Counted from the first letter of the stretch, positions 19,588-30,635 are shown. The stretch is 64,000 bases of DNA from an uncultured Bacteroidales bacterium (GCA_964461435.1 CAYWUI010000007.1:7008-71007), one strand, 5' to 3'. The notes: generated by a model from the sequence alone, not told the origin. A program made the numbers and translations.

Positions 19588-20367
19588 TTAAATCTGTTTA
19601 ATTTTTAACCATTCATAATTTACATCCAGCAAGATCAGCTTTGCATGCTCTGACACTCTTTTTGTCTGCACTTTTGACAATTCAAGGACTATACTATGAA
19701 TATTGTCTTCATAATATTCTTCGGTAAGTCCCGTGCACTTTGTTTTCCCGTTGCGCAGATAAAATAATGCCTTAACCTGTCTTTTTTCATCATCACTTTT
19801 AAGGGCATTAACAAGTGCATCAAGCCTGTTCCAGCTACCTGACTCTTCATCCCACCATTCTTTAGCTTCCATAACACTAAGGTCCTTAATTATTCTGCGC
19901 TTTTCAGGAACTGAACATTTATCAAGTTTTTTTCTGTTGCCGGGATCATTATAATAACCAGGAAAATTAATTTTAATAAAATTTATAAGCCTGTCCTCCT
20001 GAATATGTACACCACTGAATCCGAAATTCTGAAAAGTAATTTCCTCAAGAAGCCATCCTGCACGAACAATCATATCATCAATATCATATTCTATTATTTG
20101 TCCCCGTCCATAAAACTTCTCAGCACCCGGATATATAAGGTCCCCGGTATTGGTAAGTTTTACAAATGATTTAACGCCTAACATATTTATCAGATCAGGA
20201 ATAGATTTCTCCTCCATATTTTCCAGCTTTTCCTTAGCATCCAGTACCGTCGGCCAGTCATTCGACTTGAAATCCCTTAGAAGAGCATCAATTGATATTT
20301 CCTGGATAAAACCGGCAAGTATAAAACCACCAATCATAATAACAACGAACAACAATCTCTTTTTCAT
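19588..20367 (-). CDS. Hypothetical membrane-anchored or secreted protein with HEAT-like helical repeats (259 aa)
   Basis: It has an N-terminal hydrophobic helix, MKKRLLFVVIMIGGFILAGF. Segments such as DWPTVLDAKEKLENMEEKSIPDLINML and LVNALKSDDEKRQVKALFYLRNG look like HEAT/PBS-lyase-type repeats. This is a weak judgement by eye. Confidence 0.5.
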   Translation of the reverse strand: MKKRLLFVVIMIGGFILAGFIQEISIDALLRDFKSNDWPTVLDAKEKLENMEEKSIPDLINMLGVKSFVKLTNTGDLIYPGAEKFYGRGQIIEYDIDDMIVRAGWLLEEITFQNFGFSGVHIQEDRLINFIKINFPGYYNDPGNRKKLDKCSVPEKRRIIKDLSVMEAKEWWDEESGSWNRLDALVNALKSDDEKRQVKALFYLRNGKTKCTGLTEEYYEDNIHSIVLELSKVQTKRVSEHAKLILLDVNYEWLKIKQI

Positions 20368-20549
20368 AAAAATTCTTTATTTTTTAAGTTTTCAGATTTC
20401 CAGATAAAGTTACAATAATTTTAATATTTTCAAATTTTTAATCAGTCAATAGTAATTTTCTTCCCTTCAGACAGAGATAAGTATTGTTAAACCAATTCCA
20501 CTGCAACATCACTATTCAGGACATCAAAAAAAATCCGGCAAAGACTGCC

Positions 20550-22250
20550 TCAGATTAATAAATCATATACATTAAGAGCGTAATATCCAAGAGTAATAAT
20601 CTCGCTGTACATATCCGAATAAATTACTCCTGTTGAGCACTTATACCTGCCCTTTCTCAGATTTTTAAAATGCTCTTCTTTTAAAGCCCTGTCAATTTTC
20701 TGCAATTCTTTTCTATGAGCCCTGTTTTTATCTGAAAATGCCAAAGTTTCTTCGCTGGCAAATCCTTCATTTATTTCCTTTAATATCTGATCAATAATTA
20801 TAAAAAGTCTGCTTATGTTTTTATCCATTTCTTTAGTGAAACCTGCCTTGGCATCATTCTTCCGTTCAATAGTATCTGCCAGCTTATTGTTTGAATCAGC
20901 CATGCTTTCGATATTACTAATCATATTAAGCATATTTGTGATATTCTCGGAGCTTGAACTGCTGAATGATTCTTCGGTAATCCTTGTTAAATAGGAAGCT
21001 ATCTCCACTTCCATCCTGTCAGAGATATCCTCATATTTCCTGATTTTCGCCAGATACTTATCGTATTTCTTCCCTGTCTTTGTATAATAAGATTCTTTCA
21101 CCAGCTCAAACATCTTTGTAACACGCCCTGCATAAAGCTGCGTTTCTTTCCTGGCTTGCAGTATAGATAGCTCACCCGTCGAGAGCAATCCGGTATTAAT
21201 ATATCTCAGGCTAAATTCCTCATCTTCATCACGATCAGGCACCATAACACTAACAATTTTTATAATAAACGAAGCAAACCATATTAAAATCACAGTGTTT
21301 AAAATATTAAAGGCAGAATGAAAAATTGACAAAGCAACAGGCATGGCCTGAGCGGTTTCAACAGCTGTTTGTCCCTCTATCATGTAGGGTGAATTTAATC
21401 CTATTTTTATGATAAACCAGTTTATGGATTTCAGAAAGGGATTAAATACAAGGAGCATAAGTAAAACTCCTGTTAAATTAAAAACCAGATGTGCCCTTGC
21501 AGCGCGTTTGGCAGATGTGTTGGCAACAAATGCTGCCAGATTTGCTGTAATTGTTGTCCCTATGTTTTGTCCAAGAACCATTGCTGCTGCCAAATCAAAA
21601 GATATCCAGCCATTAAAACACATGACCAGTGTGAGTGCCATAGCTGCACTTGATGACTGAATAATCATCGTTATAACAGTGCCAATAATTATAAAGATCA
21701 ATATTGATATAAAGCCGGAATCTGAATAAATGGATAAGAACTTTAATAATCCGGGATTACTGTTTATATCGGGCGTATATATCTTCAGGAAATGCAATCC
21801 GAAAAATATTAATGAGAATCCTATTATTACTTCACCCCAGGAACTTCTTCTTTTGTCTTTTGAGAATAATATGGGCAATCCTAATCCGATCAATATAAAT
21901 GTAAATGAGAATATATCGAACTTAAAGCCAAGAATGGAAATCAGCCAGGCTGTAACCGTTGTACCTATATTTGCCCCCATAATTACGCCTATGGATTCGG
22001 CAAGTGATAACAGTCCGGCATTTACAAAACTGACCACCATTACAGTTGTCGCAGATGATGATTGAATAATTCCTGTAATGATGAAACCTGTAAAAATGCC
22101 CATAAATCTGTTTGAAGTCATCGCTGAAAGGATACTCCTTAATTTTGAGCCCGCCACTTTTTGAAGGGACTCGCTCATAAGTTTCATGCCAAAAAGGAAA
22201 AGTCCGAGTGCCCCAAGCAACTTCAGGAAATCCAGGAATCCGTAATTCAT
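20550..22250 (-). CDS. Na+/phosphate cotransporter family protein (NptA-like) with C-terminal PhoU-like domain
   Basis: 566 aa. The N-terminus LKLLGALGLFLFGMKLMSESLQKVAG and the duplicated QSSSATT/QSSSAAM motifs are typical of the Na/Pi-cotransporter II-related family. The C-terminal ~220 aa are soluble and helical. Confidence 0.88.
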   Translation of the reverse strand: MNYGFLDFLKLLGALGLFLFGMKLMSESLQKVAGSKLRSILSAMTSNRFMGIFTGFIITGIIQSSSATTVMVVSFVNAGLLSLAESIGVIMGANIGTTVTAWLISILGFKFDIFSFTFILIGLGLPILFSKDKRRSSWGEVIIGFSLIFFGLHFLKIYTPDINSNPGLLKFLSIYSDSGFISILIFIIIGTVITMIIQSSSAAMALTLVMCFNGWISFDLAAAMVLGQNIGTTITANLAAFVANTSAKRAARAHLVFNLTGVLLMLLVFNPFLKSINWFIIKIGLNSPYMIEGQTAVETAQAMPVALSIFHSAFNILNTVILIWFASFIIKIVSVMVPDRDEDEEFSLRYINTGLLSTGELSILQARKETQLYAGRVTKMFELVKESYYTKTGKKYDKYLAKIRKYEDISDRMEVEIASYLTRITEESFSSSSSENITNMLNMISNIESMADSNNKLADTIERKNDAKAGFTKEMDKNISRLFIIIDQILKEINEGFASEETLAFSDKNRAHRKELQKIDRALKEEHFKNLRKGRYKCSTGVIYSDMYSEIITLGYYALNVYDLLI

Positions 22251-22517
22251 ACCTGCCTCTGTATAATATAGTATGTTAATTGCATAAAAATACTGTTATA
22301 AATATATACTAATAATTAATCAATTAAAAAACATTGCCTGATATTAATTTATATGAGTGTTTTATCAGTTAAGAAAATGAAGCAAAATAACATATTAAAA
22401 TGCAAATAAGCAAAGTCATAAATTGTAACTTAATTCCCGATTTTATATAGTTATTTATAATCATTAAAAATAATTATAAAACACTGTTGAAACTAAAACT
22501 ATAAGTAAACTTTTCGT

Positions 22518-22525
22518 TATATTTG
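22518..22525 (+). promoter_or_regulatory. Candidate -7 promoter box TATATTTG for the V-ATPase operon
   Basis: Exact TAnnTTTG match about 108 nt upstream of ATG 22633. It lies in the 382-bp divergent intergenic region. Confidence 0.3.
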
Positions 22526-22632
22526 AGCTTTTGAGAAAGCTAAATCCTCTGGTTATTAAAAGATTGCAACCATAAGAGTAGTTCGCTGAATTTCATTTTT
22601 TTATATTCTTTTATATCTGAAATAAAATTAAA

Positions 22633-23250
22633 ATGCAAAATAAACTACAGGAACTTACGCAGAAAATATTTAAGGAAGGTATTTCAAAAGGGAATGCCGA
22701 AGCTGAAAAAATTATAGACAACTCCAGAAAAGAAGCTGAAGATATTGTTGGCAAGGCAAAAAAGGAAGCTGATAAAATCCTTAAGGATGCAAAAAAGAAA
22801 TCTGATGAAATAAAAAAAAGCTCGGAAGCCGAATTCAGGCTGTCTTCAAAACAATCAATAAATGCTTTGAAACAGCAGATTACAGACCTGATAAATGGTG
22901 AGATTGTGAATGTGTCTGTTAAAAAAGCTTTTAAAGATAATGATTTCATCAAGAAGCTGATTGAAAGCATTATAAAAAAATGGAAACCGCAGTCAGATGA
23001 GGTAGCTGACATTTCCATACTTTTGCCTGAAAAAGATGAAAAAGCAGTACAGCAATATTTTACCAGGTCTGTCAAAGATTTGTTAAGCAAGGGAATTGAA
23101 ATCAGATATGACGATAACATTAAGTCAGGTTTTCAGATTGGACCTAAAAACGGCAGTTATAAAATAAGTTTTACTGATGAGGATTTTGTTAACTTTTTCA
23201 AGCAATATTTAAGGCCAAGGCTAATTAAATTACTATTTGCAGAAGAGTAA
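22633..23250 (+). CDS. V-type ATPase subunit E
   Basis: 205 aa. The N-terminal half is a K/E/A-rich coiled coil followed by a globular C-terminal domain. It is the first gene of the E/DUF2764/A/B/D/I/K order. Confidence 0.8.
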   Translation: MQNKLQELTQKIFKEGISKGNAEAEKIIDNSRKEAEDIVGKAKKEADKILKDAKKKSDEIKKSSEAEFRLSSKQSINALKQQITDLINGEIVNVSVKKAFKDNDFIKKLIESIIKKWKPQSDEVADISILLPEKDEKAVQQYFTRSVKDLLSKGIEIRYDDNIKSGFQIGPKNGSYKISFTDEDFVNFFKQYLRPRLIKLLFAEE

Positions 23251-23253
23251 GAT

Positions 23254-24108
23254 ATGAGGCGTGAATACCATTGTTTTATTGCAGGACTTCCTGAGTTATT
23301 CCCAGATGCAAAAAAAATTGACTTTATTCTTTTAAATTTCAGGGATCAACTTGGGGAAGTGCTGCATTCTGATGACTACAGGTTAATTGAGTCATTATTC
23401 TGGAAATATGATAATGCAAACATTATTAAATTATTAAAGGACCCGCAATCAGATATTAATAATCTGGGAAATCTTTCCAGGGAGGATATTGAAGAGATTT
23501 TTTACCTTGCTAAAGATGATGCATTATATACTTATAAAAGAAAGATCCCCCCATATTTGGGAATATTTATTGATGCATTCAAAAACGAGGCCCCTCTTTT
23601 TAAAGGTAAAGAATGGGAAAATCAAATTACACAACTTTACTATAATTTTGCAGTTAATATAGATAATTATTTTATTCGCAGCTGGTTTGAATTTGAGATG
23701 AACCTGACTAACATATTAACAGCTGCCGGTTGCAGAAAACATAAAGTGGATATTGAAAATGAACTTATAGGGAACAATGAAATAACTGAAAAACTGGTTA
23801 AAAGCAGTGCGCGTGATTTTGGCATAAGTAACGAATTCCCGATGCTGGAAGCAATAATAAGGGCAACCGAAGAAGATAATATTATTGAAAAGGAAAGGAA
23901 AATTGACATGGTAAGATGGGAACTGTTGAATGACCGGAATTTCTTTCATTTTTTTACAATTGAAAAGATATTTGCTTATACTATACAGGTCGATATTATT
24001 GAGAGATGGCTAAAACTGGACAAAGACACAGGAAATAAATTATTTAATGATTTATTGACAGGCCTTGAAAAAAGTTATGAGTTCTCAAAGGAGTATACAT
24101 TATATTAA
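23254..24108 (+). CDS. DUF2764-type protein occupying the subunit C/d position of Bacteroidota V-ATPase operons
   Basis: 284 aa, helical, lying between E and A. The call rests on position and size. I recall the family name from memory and did not verify it by search. Confidence 0.6.
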   Translation: MRREYHCFIAGLPELFPDAKKIDFILLNFRDQLGEVLHSDDYRLIESLFWKYDNANIIKLLKDPQSDINNLGNLSREDIEEIFYLAKDDALYTYKRKIPPYLGIFIDAFKNEAPLFKGKEWENQITQLYYNFAVNIDNYFIRSWFEFEMNLTNILTAAGCRKHKVDIENELIGNNEITEKLVKSSARDFGISNEFPMLEAIIRATEEDNIIEKERKIDMVRWELLNDRNFFHFFTIEKIFAYTIQVDIIERWLKLDKDTGNKLFNDLLTGLEKSYEFSKEYTLY

Positions 24109-24118
24109 GTAATTAAAG

Positions 24119-25876
24119 ATGTCAACAAAAGGAACAGTAAAAGGTATTATTTCAAATCTTGTAATTGTTGAAGTTGATGGCCCGGTATCTCAAAATGAGA
24201 TATGTTTTATACTTTTTAAGCAAGTCCGGTTAATGGCTGAAGTAATAAAAGTATACGGCAAAAATGCTTACGTGCAGGTATTTGAAAGCACGAGAGGATT
24301 ATTAACAGGTGATGAGGTAGAATTTACAGGGCATATGCTTGAAGTTGTTCTTGGCCCGGGCCTGTTGTCAAAAAATTACGACGGACTGCAAAATGACCTG
24401 GATAAGATGGAGGGTATATTCCTCAAAAAAGGCCAGTATACGCATGCTTTGGACGAAAATAAAACCTGGCATTTCAAACCTGTTGCCAGTACTGGGGATA
24501 TTGTTATCGCAGGAGACTGGCTGGGTGAAGTTGAAGAAAACGCTATGCCTCACAAAATTATGATGCCTTTTAGTTTTAAAGGGACCTTCAGGATAAAAAG
24601 TATTGTAAAAGCCGGTGATTATAAAATAAATGATACTGTAGCTGTTTTGACTGACAGCAATAATAAAGATATTTCTGTAACAATGGTCCAGAAATGGCCG
24701 GTCAAGGTTGCCGTCAAGTCCTATAAAGAAAAACCCCGGCCCTATAAGCTTCTTGAGACAGGAGTAAGAATTATCGACACTTTAAATCCTATTGTTGAAG
24801 GAGGAACAGGATTTATTCCCGGACCTTTTGGATGCGGGAAAACTGTTCTTCAGCATGCCATCTCAAGACAGGCTGAAGCAGATATTGTAATCGTCGCAGC
24901 ATGCGGGGAAAGGGCGAACGAAGTTGTGGAACTTTTTAAAGAATTCCCTGAACTTGAAGATTTCAGAACAGGAAGGAAACTTATGGAAAGGACCATTATT
25001 GTTGCTAATACATCAAATATGCCCGTGGCAGCAAGGGAAGCATCGGTTTATACAGCCATGACTATCGCTGAATATTACCGTGCTATGGGACTGCGCGTGC
25101 TGATGCTTGCCGATTCAACATCGCGCTGGGCACAGGCTCTGAGAGAAATGTCGAACAGGCTTGAAGAACTGCCGGGGCCGGATGCCTTCCCGATGGACCT
25201 GCCGGCTGTAATTTCAAATTTTTACTCGCGCGCCGGTTACACTATTTTAAATAATGACGAAACCGGTTCAATTACTTTTATAGGAACCGTTTCTCCTGCC
25301 GGTGGAAATCTTAAAGAGCCTGTAACCGAATCAACCAAAAAGGTAGCCAGGTGCTTTTATGCTCTGGCACAACACAGGGCAGACAGCAAACGCTATCCTG
25401 CTGTTGACCCTATAGACAGTTATTCAAAATACCTTGAATATCCCGAATTTGCAGAATATGTTGAAAGTAAAATATCAGATAACTGGATTGATAAAGTTAA
25501 CGAGGCCAAGACCATTTTTCAGCGCGGCAAAGAGACCTATGAGCAGATTAATATCCTTGGAGACGATGGTGTACCTGTCAATTATCATGTTACCTACTGG
25601 AAATCCGAGATTATAGACTTTGTAATATTGCAGCAGGATGCGTTCGATAAAGTCGACCGGTCCACACCTGTGGAAAGGCAGAAATATATGCTGGAACATG
25701 TTCTTAATGTATGTAATACAGAGTTTAATTTCGAATTATTTACAGAAATTGATATTTATTTTAAACGGATCATAAACCAGTACAAACAGATGAATTACTC
25801 TGAATTTAAATCAGAGAAATTTCTGAATTATGAAAAAGAACTATTGAAAATTATTGACGAACGAAAGGTATCATGA
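24119..25876 (+). CDS. atpA: V-type ATPase catalytic subunit A
   Basis: 585 aa. Walker A is GPFGCGKTV. It also has ERANEV and LMLADSTSRWAQALRE motifs. Confidence 0.96.
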   Translation: MSTKGTVKGIISNLVIVEVDGPVSQNEICFILFKQVRLMAEVIKVYGKNAYVQVFESTRGLLTGDEVEFTGHMLEVVLGPGLLSKNYDGLQNDLDKMEGIFLKKGQYTHALDENKTWHFKPVASTGDIVIAGDWLGEVEENAMPHKIMMPFSFKGTFRIKSIVKAGDYKINDTVAVLTDSNNKDISVTMVQKWPVKVAVKSYKEKPRPYKLLETGVRIIDTLNPIVEGGTGFIPGPFGCGKTVLQHAISRQAEADIVIVAACGERANEVVELFKEFPELEDFRTGRKLMERTIIVANTSNMPVAAREASVYTAMTIAEYYRAMGLRVLMLADSTSRWAQALREMSNRLEELPGPDAFPMDLPAVISNFYSRAGYTILNNDETGSITFIGTVSPAGGNLKEPVTESTKKVARCFYALAQHRADSKRYPAVDPIDSYSKYLEYPEFAEYVESKISDNWIDKVNEAKTIFQRGKETYEQINILGDDGVPVNYHVTYWKSEIIDFVILQQDAFDKVDRSTPVERQKYMLEHVLNVCNTEFNFELFTEIDIYFKRIINQYKQMNYSEFKSEKFLNYEKELLKIIDERKVS

Positions 25877-27198
25877 TGGAGACCAGAGCTTTTCAGAAAA
25901 TATATACTAAAATCAATCAGATCACCAAGGCAACATGTTCATTACAGGCCCATGGCATAGGGTATGAAGAGCTGGCCATTGTTAACGGAAAACTGGCCCA
26001 GGTTGTTAAGGTCATTGAAGATACTGTTACTTTGCAGGTATATGGAGGCACTGAAGGAATACCTACAAATGCAGAAGTAACATTCCTCGGCAAGCCACCT
26101 ACCCTGAAAGTCAGTGATGACCTTGCCGGAAGGTTTTTTAATGCTTATGGCATGCCTATTGACGGAGGCCCGGATATAGAAGGTGAAGAACGGGAAATAG
26201 GGGGACCTTCAGTGAACCCGGTAAGAAGAGAGCAGCCTTCAGAATTGATAGCAACAGGTATAGCAGGTATAGACCTGAATAACACCCTGGTATCGGGACA
26301 AAAAATACCGTTTTTTGCAGATCCTGACCAGCCCTATAACCAGGTTATGGCGATGGTAGCATTAAGGGCAAAGGCTGACAAGATAATCCTGGGAGGAATG
26401 GGACTTACAAACGATGACTACCTTTTTTATAAGAATGTCTTTGATAACGCAGGAGTCCTTGATCATATAATAAGCTTTGTAAATACAACCGAAAATCCAC
26501 CTGTGGAGAGGTTACTGGTCCCGGAAATGGCACTTACTGCCGCAGAGTATTTTGCCGTTGACAAAAACCAGAGCGTCGTTGTGCTTCTTACTGATATGAC
26601 ACTTTATGCCGACGCATTAAGTATAGTATCAAACCGCATGGACCAGATACCGTCCAAAGACAGTATGCCCGGCTCACTCTATAGTGACCTGGCGAAAATC
26701 TATGAAAAAGCGGTTCAGTTTCCTGACGGAGGGTCAATTACCATTATTGCCGTCACAACATTGTCAGGAGGAGACATTACCCATGCTATCCCCGATAATA
26801 CAGGGTACATCACCGAGGGACAGCTGTTTCTGAGAAGAGACTCTGATATTGGAAAAGTTATTGTCGATCCCTTTAGAAGTTTATCGCGGTTGAAACAACT
26901 TGTAATAGGCAAAAAAACGAGAGAAGATCATCCCCAGGTTATGAACTCTGCAATAAGATTATATGCAGATGCGGCTAATGCAAAAACCAAGCTTGAAAAT
27001 GGATTTGACCTGACGGACTATGATGAGCGAAGCCTCAAGTTTGCAAAAGCCTATTCAGAAAAACTTTTAGCTATTGACGTTAACATTGATATTGATGAAA
27101 TGCTAAACACAGGATGGTATTTATTTAAAGAATATTTTAAGCCTGAAGAAGTGGGTGCAAAAAAGGAACTGGTAGATAAATACTGGCCAAAAGAATAA
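25873..27198 (+). CDS. atpB: V-type ATPase subunit B
   Basis: 441 aa. It is a non-catalytic A/B-family subunit (no intact P-loop, motif LLTDMTLYADAL). ATGA overlap with subunit A. Confidence 0.95.
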   Translation: MMETRAFQKIYTKINQITKATCSLQAHGIGYEELAIVNGKLAQVVKVIEDTVTLQVYGGTEGIPTNAEVTFLGKPPTLKVSDDLAGRFFNAYGMPIDGGPDIEGEEREIGGPSVNPVRREQPSELIATGIAGIDLNNTLVSGQKIPFFADPDQPYNQVMAMVALRAKADKIILGGMGLTNDDYLFYKNVFDNAGVLDHIISFVNTTENPPVERLLVPEMALTAAEYFAVDKNQSVVVLLTDMTLYADALSIVSNRMDQIPSKDSMPGSLYSDLAKIYEKAVQFPDGGSITIIAVTTLSGGDITHAIPDNTGYITEGQLFLRRDSDIGKVIVDPFRSLSRLKQLVIGKKTREDHPQVMNSAIRLYADAANAKTKLENGFDLTDYDERSLKFAKAYSEKLLAIDVNIDIDEMLNTGWYLFKEYFKPEEVGAKKELVDKYWPKE

Positions 27199-27200
27199 TT

Positions 27201-27803
27201 ATGGCAATAAAATTCCAATATAATAAAACTTCATTACAGCAACTTCATAAGCAGCTTAACATGAGGGTTAGGGCCCTGCCAACTATCAAAAACAAAGAGT
27301 CGGCTCTCAGGGTTGAGGTAAAAAGAGCCAGGGATAAAATGACCAGCCTGGAACAAATACTTAAAGAAAAGATCAGACAATATGATTATATGAGCAAATT
27401 ATGGGTGGAATTTGATGCAAGCCTCGTAGGTATAGATAATGTGAGATTATCGGTTAAAAATATTGCAGGGGTCAAGACACCTGTCCTTGATGGAATTGAC
27501 TTCTACACTAAAAAGTTCAGCATCTTTAATAAGCCCAAATGGTATCTTGACGGTGTGGCATTAATAAAGGAAATTGCTTCAATAGCTATTGAGAAAGAAG
27601 TATTTAACAGAAAAATGCAGCTTGTTGACCGTGCCAGAAAAAAAACAACACAAAAGGTAAACTTATATGAAAAAGTGCAGATTCCCGGATTTGAAGAGGC
27701 AATATTAAAAATAAAAAGATTCATGGAGGATGAGGAATGTCTCTCCAAATCTGCCCAGAAGATCGTTAAAAACAGGCAGCAGCAAATAGAACTTGTGCAA
27801 TGA
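27201..27803 (+). CDS. atpD: V-type ATPase subunit D
   Basis: 200 aa, a long coiled-coil central stalk protein in the canonical position. Confidence 0.88.
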   Translation: MAIKFQYNKTSLQQLHKQLNMRVRALPTIKNKESALRVEVKRARDKMTSLEQILKEKIRQYDYMSKLWVEFDASLVGIDNVRLSVKNIAGVKTPVLDGIDFYTKKFSIFNKPKWYLDGVALIKEIASIAIEKEVFNRKMQLVDRARKKTTQKVNLYEKVQIPGFEEAILKIKRFMEDEECLSKSAQKIVKNRQQQIELVQ

Positions 27804-29611
27804 TCATACCTATGAAGAAATATTCATTCCTTGTTTATCATAAGGAATATTCTGAATTTCTGAACGAGCTTCAAAAAACAGGAGTATTGCATGTTATTGA
27901 AAAACAATCCGGTGAACTGGCAGATGAAAAACTCAGGGACCGGTATGACCTTATTAATCAATATAATTCAGTTATAAAATTTCTGCAGAAAAGGGCAATC
28001 GAGAATAAATCAGGCTCAATATCAGCATCTGACGGACTGAAAATTTTGAAAGAAATTCAAAATATCCAGTCTGAGGTTGAAATTAATACTCAGCAACTAT
28101 CTGCCCTAAAAAAAGAAATAATTCAGATTCAACCATGGGGAGATTTCTCATTTGAAGGCATTAATAAATTAAAAGAACATGACTTTAATATCAGGTTTTT
28201 CATATGTACAGCTAAAAAATTCGATAATGAGTGGAAAGCAAAATACAGCTTAGAAGAAATAAATCAATACGGGGGGAAAATATATTTTGTTATTGTCCAG
28301 GAGGGCGAAGAAAATATCGATATTGATGCTGAAGAGATAAAACTACCTGAAACATCACTTTCCAGGTTATTAAAAAAGCATAAGGAGATAGAAGAAATTC
28401 TGACAAAGTCAGAGGAGATATTCGATATGTATGCTGAAAAGTACATACCCCTGCTTATTTCCGACAGGGACAAGCTGCAGGAACATTTTGATTTTGAAAG
28501 CGTTGTGTTTAACACTGAAAAGCAGGTGGATGAAAAGCTGATGTTACTTGAGGGATGGGTGCCTGAAGATAAGGTAGAAGAAATAAACTTATTTCTTAAC
28601 AAATCAGGCATATTTTTCATTACTTCAAAACCTGGTATCGACGATAAAATTCCGATTAAGTTAAGGAACAGCAGATTTGCCAGGTTATTCGAACCTATTG
28701 CAAAGCTTTATTCCATGCCGGACTATAAAGAGCTTGATCTGACACCTTTCTTTGCTCCTTTCTTCATGATGTTTTTTGGATTCTGCCTTGGTGATGCAGG
28801 GTACGGATTATTATTCGTTGTTGCTGCCAGTATAATCAAGCTACGGGCAAAGAGTAATTTAAAACCACTGCTTACCCTGGTACAAATCCTGGGAGGTTCG
28901 ACAATTGTTTTCGGGCTGCTCTCAGGAACCATCTTTGGAATCGATTTAATAAAGGCCGATATAGCATTCATGGCAAACCTGAAAAAAATATTCCTTGATC
29001 CCAGGGAGATGTTCTATTTTGCAATTATCCTCGGAGGGATACAGATAATTTTCGGAATGTTTGTAAAAATACTGAATATAACAAAACAGCTGGGATTCAG
29101 ATATGCACTGTCAACACTCGGCTGGCTTATTTTAATTATAAGCAGTGTATTGTTTATTGCACTTAATAAAATATCTGAAACCGGATCGGATATTTTGAAA
29201 TACAGTTACTTAATGGTATTATGTGCCAGTTTAATAATGATAATATTTCTTAATAATCCCGGAAAAGGAGTGCTGGGAAACATTGGTAAAGGCATGGGAG
29301 ATGTATATTTTACAGCCACCGGCGTATTTGGAGATCTCCTTTCATATATCAGGCTTTTCGCCCTGGGTATTTCAAGTTCAATTCTGGGATATGTATTTAA
29401 TTATCTGGCTATAGAAATGAGCGGAGACACTATAATACTCAGCCAGATTATATTTCTGTTAATACTTGTCGTTGGTCATTCGATAAATATCTTTATGTCA
29501 GTTCTGGGTGCATTCGTGCACCCGCTCCGTTTAACTTTTGTTGAATTTTACAAGAATGCCGGTTTTGCCGGAGGCGGCAAAGAATATAAACCCTTTAAAA
29601 AAAACCAGTAA
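27800..29611 (+). CDS. V-type ATPase subunit I (a-subunit homolog)
   Basis: 603 aa. It has a soluble N-terminal half and a polytopic C-terminal half with the essential-Arg motif LSYIRLFALGISS. 4-nt overlap with D. Confidence 0.92.
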   Translation: MIIPMKKYSFLVYHKEYSEFLNELQKTGVLHVIEKQSGELADEKLRDRYDLINQYNSVIKFLQKRAIENKSGSISASDGLKILKEIQNIQSEVEINTQQLSALKKEIIQIQPWGDFSFEGINKLKEHDFNIRFFICTAKKFDNEWKAKYSLEEINQYGGKIYFVIVQEGEENIDIDAEEIKLPETSLSRLLKKHKEIEEILTKSEEIFDMYAEKYIPLLISDRDKLQEHFDFESVVFNTEKQVDEKLMLLEGWVPEDKVEEINLFLNKSGIFFITSKPGIDDKIPIKLRNSRFARLFEPIAKLYSMPDYKELDLTPFFAPFFMMFFGFCLGDAGYGLLFVVAASIIKLRAKSNLKPLLTLVQILGGSTIVFGLLSGTIFGIDLIKADIAFMANLKKIFLDPREMFYFAIILGGIQIIFGMFVKILNITKQLGFRYALSTLGWLILIISSVLFIALNKISETGSDILKYSYLMVLCASLIMIIFLNNPGKGVLGNIGKGMGDVYFTATGVFGDLLSYIRLFALGISSSILGYVFNYLAIEMSGDTIILSQIIFLLILVVGHSINIFMSVLGAFVHPLRLTFVEFYKNAGFAGGGKEYKPFKKNQ

Positions 29612-29632
29612 ATATTTAATAAATAAACCTAA

Positions 29633-30112
<480 letters not shown>

Positions 30113-30125
30113 TATATCTGAACTT

Positions 30126-30635
30126 ATGCTGGACTATATCTTACTTATATTTTCAATTTTATTAATCATCGTAGGTATAGCTGGCTGCATTCTGCCTGTT
30201 ATTCCGGGACCCCCCGTTGCCTATGCGGGCATGGTTATTGTATATTTCACAAAATTTGCTGATTTTAATGTCAACACTCTTTTTATTTTGGGAGCCCTGG
30301 CAATAATTGTCCAGTTATTCGATTATATTGTCCCTGCATGGGGAGCTAAGAAATTCGGAGGATCGAGGGCAGGTGTATGGGGAAGTATAGTAGGTTTAAT
30401 TATAGGAATATTTTTTCTCCCTTTAGGGCCATTTGGCATTATAGGAATACTGGGAGGCCCCTTCTGCGGAGCACTTGTTGGTGAATTAATTGCGGGAAAA
30501 GATACAGACAGTGCATTTAAGGCGGCATTCGGGACATTTATAGGATTTATCGCGGGAACATTAATGAAGCTGGCCGTTTCGGTTATTATTACTGTTTTTT
30601 TCATTATGGGAATCTGGCACACTGTTCTGTCGTGA
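30126..30635 (+). CDS. DUF456-like small polytopic membrane protein
   Basis: 169 aa with 4-5 TM helices, Gly-rich. It starts 13 nt after subunit K. I recall the family name from memory. Confidence 0.6.
   Translation: MLDYILLIFSILLIIVGIAGCILPVIPGPPVAYAGMVIVYFTKFADFNVNTLFILGALAIIVQLFDYIVPAWGAKKFGGSRAGVWGSIVGLIIGIFFLPLGPFGIIGILGGPFCGALVGELIAGKDTDSAFKAAFGTFIGFIAGTLMKLAVSVIITVFFIMGIWHTVLS

Noticed and set aside
22611-23120. 169-aa ORF antisense to V-ATPase subunit E
   Set aside because: It is an S/F/L-rich low-complexity product. That is the expected mirror of the K/E/A-rich coiled-coil codons (GAA/AAA read backwards). The sense gene fits the operon.
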